DNA of 51,712 bases from Macrostomum lignano (Eukaryota), in assembly GCA_002269645.1 (NCBI GenBank), contig NIVC01002561.1, positions 1 through 51,712 on the forward strand, in the 5' to 3' direction. Within the stretch, counting starts at the first letter, position 1; each line of letters begins with the position of its first letter. The translations under genes were made by a program, and so were the position numbers. The notes below the pieces were generated by a model. That model saw only the letters and a program-made list of their open reading frames with translations, made no database searches and was not told the DNA's origin. Positions 1-12,744 of this stretch are shown here, in pieces.

Positions 1-599
1 CTGGCTTTAGCCTTGAAATCTCATTTATACCCAGTGAGCCTTGACATCTCAGCTATTCCCCCCCGTAAGCCTTGACATGTCAGCGATGGCCCCCATAAAC
101 CTTGAAATCTAAAAAATCCCCTGTTAACCTTGAAACCCGATAAAATATAACCCTCAACCCACACCTGACCTAAACCTAACTTTAACCCAACCTAAAGCCT
201 TGAAATCTCAGCAATTCTTCTCCCCTAAGCCTTGGCATTTTAGTGATTCCTTCTTTAAGAATCACCAGCACCATAACGATTTCCACCAAGCTTTGACATC
301 GTAGCAATTCCCAAATGAATCTTTTAACTTCGACATGACCTTTCTTTTATGTATACTTAGTGCTACTTTTATTTTTTACATGACTCTTCTTCTATCAGCG
401 CCTCGCCCCGTGGCGAGCCAACAAAGAATGCAATAAAAATTGAGTAAAGTACATGAACTTTGAAGTAGCTTCTGACTTGCTTTGACATCTCAGAACCACC
501 CCCCGTAATCTCAGTTATTCTCTGAGAGCCTTTACGTCTCAGTTTTTCTCCCCAGCACAGCATTATAACTGCATTTAATTTTTACATGACACCTTCATG

Positions 600-1325
600 T
601 CTGACATGACGCTTCTTTTATTCTACCATGATGCTTCTTAATTTTTTAAATGACACTTTCATTAGTCTTTAAATGAGGCTTCTATGATTTTTCCTGACGC
701 TTCTATGATTTTTACATGATGCTTCTATGATTTTTTATATGACGCTTCTATGATTGTTTATATGACGCTTCTATGCTTTTTACATGACGCTTCTATGATT
801 GTTTACATGACGCTTCTATGATTGTTTACATGACGCTTTTAAGATTTTTTACATGACGCATCTATGATTGTTTATATGACGCTTCTATAATTTTTACATG
901 ACGCTTCTAAGATTTTTTACATGACGCTTCTATGATTTTTACATGACGCTTCTATGATTTTTTACATGACGCTTCTATGATTGTTTACATAACGCTTCTA
1001 TGATTGTTTACATGACGCTTCTAAGATTTTTTACATGACGCTTCTATGATTTTTTACATAACGCTTTTATGATTTTTTACATGACGCTTCTATGATTGTT
1101 TACATGACGCTTCTATGATTGTTTACATGACGCTTCTATGATTTTTTACATGACGCTTCTATGATTTTTACATGACGCTTCTATGATTGTTTACATGACG
1201 CTTCTATGATTTTTACATAACGCTTTTATGATTGTTTACATTACGCTTCTATGATTTTTACATAACGCTTCTATGATTTTTTACATAACGCTTTTATGAT
1301 TTTTTACATGACGCTTCCATGATTT
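600..1325. repeat. Tandem minisatellite, ~21-22 bp unit ATGACGCTTCTATGATTTTTTAC
   Basis: About 30 near-identical consecutive units; the T-run length varies between units; degenerate at the left edge. Confidence 0.95.
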
Positions 1326-2580
1326 TTTAGTTTTTTTGGCGTTAAAAAACTTTAATTAAAAAAACTCTCTAAAAATTTGAACCATCGTCCCTGCATTTAG
1401 CAGTCAGTCTGTTTACCTCTAGGCTAGCTCTCATCGTTTTGATAACATGAATTTTAGCACTTCTATAATATAATTATAAGTTTCAAAACTCCAAGCATAG
1501 AGTAAATCACACGAAGCAGTTATGACATAATCATATGGTTACGCAATTTAAATCAAGTCTGGTGCTACGCTTCCACACTGCATTTTCAATTCAAGTCGGA
1601 GTTACAATTCAGTTATGATGCAATCTATTTCAGAATCAGAATCAACCAGTCAGTTTTTCTCTAGCATTCTTACAATGCATTTCAAGTCGAAAATTTTGCT
1701 TGACCTTTGCAAAAAAGCATGTTTTTCGAATATTTTATGCCTTTAGCATCGAGCAATTTCTTAGCCACGATGCATGTACCGTCACGGGAAAATTTCTGAT
1801 CGAACAGTGCAAGTCTCATGAAAATCGGTCCAGCCATTTTTTCTCTAATCGATTGCGTACAAACAAACAAACAAGCAAGATTTTCATTTTTAGTATATTG
1901 GATACATGTGTCACCATGCGGAGTATGGTAAATATGGAAGAATGCCCATAATGAAAAAGTATTTTTTTAACTGTCATTATGAATTTTGTTTCCATAGAAG
2001 ATACAAACGAGGGGACAGAATACCTGTAGCTCAGGCAAAGTACCCTGGAGGTGCTGGGCCATTACATGTACTCGTACATGTAGTTTTTGGGACTCGCACA
2101 CAAAAATAGACTCGTGCAGAGCTTTTAAAATTTTATCCACGAGGGCCAATATAGAGTGTGTATCTGGGTCTTATTCGATTGTATAAATTTACCAATAGCT
2201 CTGCCATCGAGTGGGAGTTACATGCATACAGAAGTTTGCAGATTTTCGATAAGTGTTATTCATCTCGGGGCTTCACACTCGTACATGCAATCGAATTCAG
2301 AATCCAGTGAGGAAAAAATTATATGTTCGCCTGATTTGTTATTGATGCTCACTGGCCAATTTCGTAGTTAACATTTTATTTCAATCAAAATGGTTTCAGA
2401 GCGGAGAAGCTGGATTCAATCGGAGCTTGATAAGACCATTTGAGTCTTTTAAAAAAGCGTGTCAAAATTTGGCATCGTAAACAATGTCAAATTGAACTCA
2501 ATTTCGCAGCCTGCGTGTTGAGTATCTAATTGTGAATTTTCGATTCTAAGTTGCGAATAAGCTGAATATTGGTTATCGAG

Positions 2581-5042
2581 TTACAGTTCTATCATCAGTC
2601 GAATCTCTTTCAGCGACATTTCAAATGCAACAGCGTCCCAGTGGACGTAGTCATTTTCGCGTCTCTCGCCTCCGCTGTAGTAGATCCCATTTGGATTGCA
2701 GGTCTCGCAGTAGTTGAACCACCATCCGGTACCACTTCTTACTTTAGCGCAGCAGTAACCATTGCAGTTGGCGTCAGTTGTCTGAAACTTCATTCCCCTG
2801 TGTGCACTGAGCGAGTCTCCAGAAACATTGGAGCTGCTGAGCAGCAGGCTGCCGTACTGCAGGGCGTAGCTAGTGTCGGGGCCCTCCACCAGGAAGCCGC
2901 TGTATTCGCAGTGGTAGCTCATGCCGTTGAACCTGACAGCCTCCATTCGCATGGTTCTGCCCACCGGCCGGGTCAGGGCGTGGATCCAGCGCAGGCCTGC
3001 GGTGTCAATGGACAGTCGGTCGGTATGAGCTGCAAGGGACTCTGACAGTGATTGAGTTTGTGACTCAGTGATTTCTGTAGCTTAATGCTCATACCTGTCC
3101 AAAAGTTGTCCTCATTTCCGAAGCCGTTCACGTAGTCGGTCCAGCCTCTGACGAAGTCAACGGAGTCGCTCTTGCGCTGTTGGATGACGAAGAACTTGCG
3201 GTGACCGCGGATCGCCAGGCGGTTGTAGTCTGCAATGCATTTGAGACTTTATGTATTCGTTACTTTAAGTAGAAGGGCAGAGTTCAGACAATGGAACATT
3301 CGACAATCCCTCATTCAGTCTGTTCTGACTCAAGTACTCACCGATCCTGAGCATCGCGCACTCTCCAGCTGACACCGTGAAGCTGAGCGCCTCCGAGTCC
3401 ATCACCAGCTTGCAGGCTCCGGTGTGAGACAACTTGGCCAGCCTGCAGAGGGGATTCAGCGAGCACTGCCGACTACAGACGAAGGCTGCGGAGACGAAAG
3501 CAGGCAGCATCGATGAGGCATCGCAGCTGCTCCGGTCGAGAGGGAGGAATCGGCTGCCGCAGTCTGCAGGGTTCGGAACGTTCAGTTTTGTCTCAAGTGA
3601 CGCTGCAATGCCCAGCGACTTTTCAACAATGCATGTCCATGTAAAACCAGTTTTGATCTCAAGTTACTCCGCAATCACAAGTTTTTCTCTGCAGTCCCCA
3701 GTGTCTTCTCTGCAGTCCCCAGTATCTTCTCTGCAGTCCCCAGTGTCTTCTCTGCAGTCCCCAGTATCTTCTCTGCAGTCCCCAGTGTCTTCTCTGCAAT
3801 CCCCAGTATCTTCTCTGCAGTCCCCAGTATCTTCTCTGCAGTCCCCAGTATCTTCTCTGCAGTCCCCAGTGTCTTCTCTGCAGTCCCCAGTATCTTCTCT
3901 GCAGTCCCCAGTATCTTCTCTGCAGTCCCCAGTGTCTTCTCTGCAGTCCCCAGTATCTTCTCTGCAGTCCCCAGTATCTTCTCTGCAGTCCCCAGATCTT
4001 CTCTGCAGTCCCCAGTATCTTCTCTGCAGTCCCCAGTATCTTCTCTGCAGTCCCCAGTGTCTTCTCTGCAGTCCCCAGTATCTTCTCTGCAGTCCCCAGT
4101 ATCTTCTCTGCAGTCACCAGTATCTTCTCTGCAGTCCCCAGTATCTTCTCTGCAGTCCCCAGTGTCTTCTCTGCAGTCCCCAGTATCTTCTCTGCAGTCC
4201 CCAGTATCTTCTCTGCAGTCCCCAGTGTCTTCTCTGCAGTCCCCAGTATCTTCTCTGCAGTCCCCAGTATCTTCTCTGCAGTCCCCAGTATCTTCTCTGC
4301 AGTCCCCAGTATCTTCTCTGCAGTCCCCAGTGTCTTCTCTGCAGTCCCCAGTATCTTCTCTGCAGTCCCCAGTATCTTCTCTGCAGTCCCCAGTATCTTC
4401 TCTGCAGTCCCCAGTGTCTTCTCTGCAGTCCCCAGTATCTTCTCTGCAGTCCCCAGTGTCTTCTCTGCAGTCCCCAGTATCTTCTCTGCAGTCCCCAGTA
4501 TCTTCTCTGCAGTCCCCAGTGTCTTCTCTGCAGTCCCCAGTATCTTCTCTGCAGTCCCCAGTGTCTTCTCTGCAGTCCCCAGTATCTTCTCTGCAGTCCC
4601 CAGTATCTTCTCTGCAGTCCCCAGTGTCTTCTCTGCAGTCCCCAGTATCTTCTCTGCAGTCCCCAGTATCTTCTCTGCAGTCCCCAGTATCTTCTCTGCA
4701 GTCCCCAGTGTCTTCTCTGCAGTCCCCAGTATCTTCTCTGCAGTCCCCAGTATCTTCTCTGCAGTCCCCAGTGTCTTCTCTGCAGTCCCCAGTATCTTCT
4801 CTGCAGTCCCCAGTATCTTCTCTGCAGTCCCCAGTATCTTCTCTGCAGTCCCCAGTATCTTCTCTGCAGTCCCCAGTATCTTCTCTGCAGTCCCCAGTGT
4901 CTTCTCTGCAGTCCCCAGTGTCTTCTCTGCAGTCCCCAGTGTCTTCTCTGCTGGACTCACCATTTCGCAATGTGTCCGATTGCTCCGATTGCACGCCGAT
5001 GCAGATGAATAAACAGAGTGTTAACAATCCTAGTCGAACCAT
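2581..5042 (-). CDS. Secreted fibrinogen-related domain (FReD/FBG) protein, ~284 aa, 4 exons, with a Cys-rich N-terminal module
   Basis: Exons 5042-4961 (signal peptide MVRLGLLTLCLFICIGVQS), 3563-3342, 3229-3095 and 2996-2581; all introns GT-AG and phase 1, total 855 nt in frame. FBG motifs: VIQQRKSDSVDFVRGWTDYVNGFGNEDNFWTGLRWIHALT, GDSLSAHRGMKFQT, GWWFNYCETCNPNG. Confidence 0.9.
3687..4950. repeat. Tandem 21-bp minisatellite CTGCAGTCCCCAGT(A/G)TCTTCT filling FReD intron 1
   Basis: About 60 almost perfect units, with one 20-nt unit near 3995. It produces the spurious ORFs SLQSPVS / LLCSPQY / TAEKILG / CREDTGD. Confidence 0.97.
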
Positions 5043-6695
5043 CAGGCTAATGTTTATTAATATTATATGTAGTATCTTATAATTGTTGGTTGTTAGACGA
5101 TTTTAGAAGCTAGAATCCTGCTGCATGTGTGCGACTGGTGGATTTTTATAAATTTTTATCCTCTGCAAATTATGAGCAAACATCCTTGAGTAGCTGCTTT
5201 ACGAGAAAAGTTTCACGCACATAAGCTAAAAATGCCAATTAGTCAAAATCCTCATTAATGGCGACATGTAGCCTGCAGTTCTCAGGGATGGAATTCTGTC
5301 TGCAATGATGGGAACGATGCTGCATCGAGAAAAGCATGCTGATCATTTTCCGTGAATTCCGCACACAAGCCTCACTCCTGGCGTCTTCAAAGTTTCTGCG
5401 ATGTTTTTCACCTTTCGTTCGTCTCCTTGGAAGGCATATTTTGTATCAAATATTATGCGAAAAAATAGATTCGTAGCTCATAAGTTCAGTAAAGTTTTCA
5501 GTGACAGAACGCTGGGGTTTTTGGCTGGGGTTAAGCCGCAGAGACCATGGAAACAAGAAAAATTGCTTAATTGATGCTTTAAGCCAGAATCATTGCTTGG
5601 AGTACCCTTGAATGAGAAGGTTTGAATTTTTTTAAAGGAGTCAGAAGCATATGCGGACAGCTCTTGTAACCTTGAAACGAATTTCTTACCTTAAAACCTT
5701 AAAACTTAAAAATATATATAATGCACTCATTGCACTCCAGCGAGATAATTGGGGTTACGAAAATTGCTTCAGGAATTGATGAGATTCTCGAACGATAGAT
5801 TTGGCTCTAGTAGTCAGTCGGCAACCCCGCCAATAGGCCTCTGAAGTTGTTGTTTCTAACAGTTGACCTCGGATTTGAATAAGTCTGTTAACAGAGGTTT
5901 GCTGCAGAACTGTATATATATTGGCACGAATGGCTCTCTTAGTGCCCAGGCAGGAGGGACGGAACGGAAACCTGCGTTCAGTAGGTTTGATGCAGTTGGC
6001 GTTACAGACCCCCCTCACTGAAACAGCCGAGCCCTCTCGTGGTCTGGAAGCCTGTCAAAGAGCTAAGTCTACAGGTGTCAAAGATCGAAACACTGCTCAT
6101 GCAAATTTTCGGCGCTGTTTACGGATTCTTTCTGTAAGCTGCTCATTGAACCAACATGGTAGGAGCGTATGGTCTGTATGTTAGTGATCAAAAAGGTTTG
6201 GATTATTCTGTAAATCCGTCCTGACGTTGAACCTCCACTGTTACGTCAGGAATTTTGAAGTAAAAAAACGTCCTTTACAAAGAATATCACGCATTAGAAA
6301 GTCAGAAATATTGAGCATACAAGTACATGTACTACGAGTATGGCGTCAGTTGCTTGCAGCCAATGAGAGTTTAGCCACTGTCGCAAATTTGCGCTGATAA
6401 AACCACCATGTGGTAAATTTTTCACAAATTAAATCCCGCAAATTTTTCTTTAGTTGAGTCATCGCTGCTCTACATTAATGCAAAAACAAACTGCAGCAAA
6501 TATGAAGAATTATCCGAACACTTCTGTGCCTTCTGTTTCAGCTTCGACACTTTTTGAGCGCTTTCAGTACCCCAAACAGTAAGTAAAAGTGAGTCCTAGC
6601 AGTATTCTTCGTATTTATAACTAGGTTGAATAAAACTATAAAAAGAGGCATAGAAGCCTTCAGTATTCGCTTTATTATAACAAATACGGATTGCC

Positions 6696-6791
6696 CCGAA
6701 CCCTGCAGACTGCGGCAGCCGATTCCTCCATCTTGATTATTATAATAATAATAATAATATAATAATAATATTATTACTAATATTTTCATAA

Positions 6792-6822
<31 letters not shown>

Positions 6823-7941
6823 ACTATTATTAACCAATTAGACTTTACAGTACGGACACTAAACTTGCAGCATATGTACATTAAGATCATATTTAAATAA
6901 CAACAATTTGACAATTTCAAATTTTCCCTGTTTTACAGATTACGTACAGCCGACTAGCGATCAGAGGCAGCAGAAACTTTTACATATTCCAGCAGCGCGA
7001 GAGCAATTCGGTTGACTTTGTGATAGGCTGGACCGAGTACAAAAATGGCTTTGGTGATGAAGCTAGCTTTTGGATAGGTGCATGATCGTGATGGTATAAT
7101 ACTGTTTCTTGAACGGGTCGTTTATTGAATCAGTGAATGCTCAAACAGTTCAAAACCAATGAACAATGATCAACTATGAAGCTTGTCAGCAAGATATAAG
7201 CTGACAGCCTTGAAGACAGAATTCCTTCAAAAAGATCAGTTTTGTGCCAATTACAAGTCATCGATTAAAGTTGATTAAAATCACTGCTACATGCACAAGT
7301 CAGTAATTACTAAACCCTGACTTCTGTTCTTAATTCCCAATACTAGAGATTCGCAGTATCTGTGCAAAGTCGCTTTCTTGAATTATGCTAATTCTCATGC
7401 AGTCTTAGGCAAAACTCTGTTGGGAAAAGGAGCGTATACTACAGAAGTCACTGAGCACTCATACAAACTCAGTCACTGTCAGAGCCCTTGCAGCTCATAC
7501 TGACCGACTGCCCATTGACACCGCAGGCCTGCGCTGGATCCGCGCCCTGACCCGGCCGGTGGGCAGAACCATGCGAATGGAGGCTGTCAGGTTCAACGGC
7601 ATGAGCTACCACTGCGAGTACAGCAGCTTCCTGGTGGAGGGCCCCGACACTGGCTACGCCCTGCAGTACGGCGCCTGCTGCTCAGCAGCTCCAATGTTTC
7701 TGGAGACTCGCTCAGTGCACACAGGAGAATGAAGTTTCAGACAACGGATGCTAACTGCAATGGTAACTGCTGCGCTAAAATAAGAAGTGGTACCGGATGG
7801 TGGTTCAACTACTGTGAGACCTGCAATCCAAATGGGATCTACTACAGTGGAGGCGAGAGAAACGGGGACGAATACGTCCACTGGGACGCTGTTGCATTTG
7901 AAATGTCGCTGAAAGAGATTCGACTGATGATTGAAATTTGA
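6696..7941 (+). pseudogene. Inverted, disrupted paralog of the FReD gene
   Basis: 6696-6729 is identical to the exon-2 acceptor region of the minus-strand gene, then breaks into (AAT)n. Exon 6939-7077 (YSRLAIRGSRNFYIFQQRESNSVDFVIGWTEYKNGFG) is 4 nt longer than its paralog exon (frameshift). The last exon 7527-7941 has a 1-nt deletion after 7672 (TACGGC-GCC vs TACGGCAGCC). I found no signal-peptide exon. Confidence 0.75.
6737..6832. repeat. (AAT)n followed by (ATT)n; imperfect AT-rich inverted microsatellite
   Basis: Read directly from the sequence; it begins a few nt after the end of the exon-2 remnant. Confidence 0.9.
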
Positions 7942-8887
7942 GATCAGATTGAAGATTTGCAATAGGACGCATTTTTCATTTAAGAATAAAAGTATTAACA
8001 ATATTTTGTTTTAATACTCCATTTGTTTTAACGTAGTAATTTTTGTTTTCGTGGATTGAATAATTTGTTTTAACTAAATGTTTGTTTAAACGAATGTAGC
8101 GCGAGCCAATAGAGAGAGGTTTCAGTTAGTATAAATATAAGACGAAAAACTAAACATTTTCTTTAACTCCTTCGTTGGGTTCAATACTCAGTAACCTAGA
8201 AATTAAGATTTCTCTGGTTTTACTGTCTTAGTTATTTAAGCAGGATTGCAAGTTTGGAAAGACCGTGTTGGGTAGAAAGGGCGTTTTGCCAGTGAAGTTA
8301 AGCAGGGATTACCGAACAAGCGTTTTGCTGAGTAAAAAGGGAGGATTCTCCAGGTATAGATCTAGGCTGTTACAAGCGTGATGCAGTATCAAGTCGGGAG
8401 AGACAGTATTAAAGCCGGAAACCCCTCGGTCAGTGGTAACGCCGTGTTTGGACTGAGTAGTTTTGGACATTAGTAGTAATTTAGTATAGTAGTCAGCAGT
8501 GTCTTGCCGTTCGGGAACTGAAGCTACCAGGGTAACTCGTACTGACGATAGCCCACATATAGGTATAATTATTAGGATTCTTAGGGTTAGAAGTAATTAT
8601 AGATTTAGTAGTAAACTGGTGGATTTAGACTGGGAGTAAATAGGCCTGCTACAATTTGGTGGCATTAGTAACTAGGAACAATTACACCTGTAACATTTTC
8701 TATTTTTAATTGCGCAGGATTTATTTGCGTAATGTCTAAGCAAGATTGGAAAAATACATCTGTGGACCGTATGTGCTGCGAGCTGCACGCTTGACTGATT
8801 CAAGAGTTCGAAAGTTGTTTTAATGCTCGTTACCTGAATTTGAGAAATCATAGAGATTTCTACTCTTTGTTGAGGAATTTGTTGTAA

Positions 8888-8929
8888 TAGTCCTTGACAA
8901 TTACATGTACATGTAATTGTCAAGGACTA
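8888..8929. repeat. Perfect 42-bp palindrome with no spacer
   Basis: TAGTCCTTGACAATTACATGT|ACATGTAATTGTCAAGGACTA equals its own reverse complement. Confidence 0.95.
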
Positions 8930-9679
8930 CTCAAGTAGAAGGACGGGAAACCTCGTTTCTTGGAACGCAGAATCGAAGAATAGAGAATGCTTTTAAACGA
9001 GCCTCCAACTTTTATTTTCACCATGATTAGAGCTTACCGTCCTGAGTGATTTAAAATTGACCTTGACTATATATCACATGCTTTATGTTTGTTACGAGTA
9101 GATGCAAATTAAGTTCTCTATGGCTTTTTCGTCCAACGAGCGTACCGTACGTACTGATTTGGCGGCGGCTAAAAGATAGCATTAAGAAAATAAAGCAGAA
9201 CGAGTAATAGGCTAGAAAGCCAGAAAACAACTCGGGTCGTATCATGCAACTCACTAAAGAGACGGCCATATACAATGTACGAGTATATTGGACCTTAACA
9301 AAAAATCTGTCTACATGTACATGTAAATGCCTAGATTCAAATGCCTAGAGGCGCAGAATATCAAAATTCGAAGAACCTGAGTCATCAGACTCTGAATTGT
9401 CCCTTTTAGCTTGTAACATTAGTTACTTGGAGCGGGACGGGACGTAATTTAAAAGCTGGACGTAACGCACTCCGAATTTTTTGAAAGAACTGAATACATG
9501 TACATGTATGTTTCTATAACAAGGACTACCCACCACTGTATATTAGCTATATACAGGGGTACTTGGTTTCTAAACTCAGAAACCAATCGCCGAATTATCT
9601 TGACTGTACATTAACACAGATAGTTATACTTTCACGCAATGAACACAAAATGACACCTTCATTATGTACCGAGTTACAT

Positions 9680-9943
9680 GGGTATCGGTAATTCACGGCC
9701 CGGCCCGGCCCAGCCCGGGCGGCCCCTATTTAGCCAATTAAATCTACTTTAGTAAATAAGTAAAACAAAAAATACTGACCAGAATGCCGCATATTTGTAG
9801 AGTCAATTGTGAGTTTACTACGTTTTAAAATATTGATTGTCAATTTACTGAACTTCTGATGCTCTATTTTTTAAATTAAGTTAAAAACTGAAGTAACAAC
9901 GCCGCGGCCCTGGGCCGGGCCGGGCCGCGAAATACCAACACCC
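9680..9943. mobile_element. 264-bp MITE with ~34-bp GC-rich TIRs and a 10-bp TSD (Mutator-like by TSD length)
   Basis: Left end GGGTATCGGTAATTCACGGCCCGGCCCGGCCCAG; reverse complement of right end GGGTGTTGGTATTTCGCGGCCCGGCCCGGCCCAG. Direct repeat CGAGTTACAT at 9670-9679 and 9944-9953. AT-rich non-coding interior. Confidence 0.85.
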
Positions 9944-12744
9944 CGAGTTACATGGGCCTGTATATACATGTACATTTTTCAAATTTAACTTTCGGTGCGG
10001 ATCCAAAACATTTTTGAGTTAGAAGCAACTTCAAATAAACGCCTATAAGAGGTAAAACCAAGAAAAAAAATTGGACCAGCCGAGGATGGACCCTGGCTTC
10101 GATCCTCTTAGTTGTTAAGTTTTTTTCTTTTGATAATATTTGCTTTTTTCTGCAAGTTGACTATCTGCCGAAAAAAAACTTCAACTCAAATGCAGTAGAA
10201 ATTTTTTGTTTAAATTAATTAGCTTTGCTCCTCTGTTTCTGGTCTGTTCCGTTCCGTTCTGTTCCGTTTTGTTCTGTTCTGTTCTGAGTAGATCGACCGC
10301 CACTGATCACATTCAACTTTAATTTCGTTCGTTTTCCTAGACGAATTTTTTACTAGCTAACAATTGTTTTTATACACAAAAAAACAATTTAAAAGAGTTT
10401 TTTGCTTTTAAAAATACAAATTTGTATTAATTTTCTATATAAAAAAGTATGTTTTGTTATAAAAATCTATACCTGAATTTAAATTGTAAATAATATTCTT
10501 TTTTGGGATAGTACTGATGTTGTGTAAACTCTTGCCACATGAAGTTATCGACCAATCACGTTGTTGCACTCTGAAGCTTGAGTCAAAATATTGTTTAATA
10601 TTGACCTAGCCTCAATTTAATAATATTGTATCTTTGAAAAATCTACTGAATGGTTGCATTTATTCATTTTTACCCTATGCCATAAGCCTAGCTAGCCTAG
10701 CCATCCATAATAGCATTAGCATATGGCATAGCCGCATAGGATGAAAGAAATTAAGCCCCTGGCCCTTATATGACTATTGGCTGGCTATGTATGGTGCATG
10801 ATATACATGCACATTGCACTTATATATATGCGCAGTTTTCTTAAAAATAAACCTATGTACTGGCATACTTTGATTTTGAATAGGCCTATAATCTTAACTA
10901 TAAATCATAATTTAGGAATTCCATTGGGCTTGATGTTGGCCTAGGCCGCCTAGGCCTTTAGGCCTATCTATTACAATAGCCAATATGAAGCGAAGGGTTA
11001 GGCTCTAGATCAAATCTATCAATAGCACCTACAGATTTATCATATAATTTCATTGATTTTTAATATCATTTTTCATTTGATTCTTTTAATTTATTTATAC
11101 AATTTAAGTTTGATGTACCTAATATTGATGTCTTAAGAGTTAAGTTGAGGCTAGGCCTATGCTAAGTTGAGGCTAGGCTTTAATAATTTATATCCTTATT
11201 TAGGCCTCTGGCTATGCATAATATTGCTTAGATAAGACAGTAAAGTTTTGCCATAACCAAATTTTTCCCAAATATATATATTTATATCCATATCTTATTT
11301 TTCTTGTAGCCTATCTATATTCAAAGCTGTATCTATAGGCCTATAGCTAATAAACTTCTATAACTATTGTACAATGCCAAGACCCTACAGTCTGGATCAT
11401 GCTAGGTGCATGACTAAACAAAAATTGATAGGTACAAATGCACACCGAAAAAAATTTGAGTGCATGCCCATTCTTAAAACTCTACTGGTGTTGCAATAAT
11501 AAATGATATTTTTTACATTTTTAAAATAAATAACCTTTTTTCATTGTATAATAGACTATTTTTGACAGATTCTGTTTTTTGGTGATACTATTTATAGTAA
11601 AAAATTGATACACACAAAGATTTGTTTTAATGCCTTATTACAAGCTTAAAAACCTGGAAAGCAAGAAAATTATGCTTAAAAATGAACTTTTTTACCTTTT
11701 TTCTATTTTACAATAAAACCTCTATGTGATTCTATAAAGTGCATACCAGGTATATTTTCGTAGAAGTGATACATGCCAACTGTGCACACCTATTTTTGGC
11801 ATGCAAGGCCAATGCATGCCCAAATTTTTGGGCAGATACTATATGATCCGGAGTATAGCCAAGACCTAGACCTTGATAGACACTTTGGAAAGATAGCTAG
11901 ATACCATAGTCTAGATCATGGCAGGTATATACTAGAATGAACATTCATATTCTTTCAATTTTGTGCTAACATAAAATTAAAAACTTTTTATACCAAGTCT
12001 AGAGTTGTTTGTATATAAATTTTTCAAAAGAGTATATATCATAAAAAAAAGAGTTCTACTAAACTGAAGATGGCTGTTTTTTTGCTAAAAACTGATATTC
12101 TTTGTTTTTCCCATAAACTGCATTAATATTTTTATTAAAGTTTATGATAATTTTTTAAAAAGCTTTTGTTTATTGATATTTATCTATACAATTACATTAG
12201 CCCTGAACTTTGCTATTTTTTGTGTGCTAACTATGTAATTTCATGTTGAACCTAAAAATTCTATGTCAAATATATGCCAAGATTGTTAGCAAGAGCAAAA
12301 ATACATCTGAATTTTCTAGCATATAGGCCACCTTCTAGATTATGGGCTAGATAGTACAAATGCTAAATGCAACCATCCTTATTATAGCCAATGACAATTA
12401 TTGCAAATGATATTTGGCACAGATTGGTCCTTAGCAGTACAGGTGCAGTCTGACATACTAGTGCAGTTTGGTATAAGAAAGGGGGATGCATAATATGGTT
12501 TAGACCTTTGTTTCAATAGAGGCATCCATGTTGAGTATGACATTCAGAGTATAGAGCAGTCTAGGTAGCAAGACCAATGCTAGATGCTTTATACAAGGGT
12601 GTGCCTAATGTGGCCTTCTAACCTGCTGCATGGGTAATAAGTTTGACTGATTGGCCATGTCATTTGGTTGGAGGCCTTGCCTTCTGCCCTAAGCTGCTAT
12701 ACAAAGTGCAAGGACTATAGACTAGGCCAAGGGCAAATGGCTAG

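Noticed and set aside
600-1325. Array of TGACG (CRE half-site) motifs as an enhancer
   Set aside because: The motif is just part of the repeat unit, with no independent evidence of function.
3434-5082. Long ORFs (SLQSPVS, LLCSPQY, TAEKILG)
   Set aside because: They are products of the 21-bp intronic minisatellite, and a spliced FReD model explains the region.
8230-8640. Possible LTR-like segment
   Set aside because: No TG...CA termini with a TSD, no second copy and no PBS identified.
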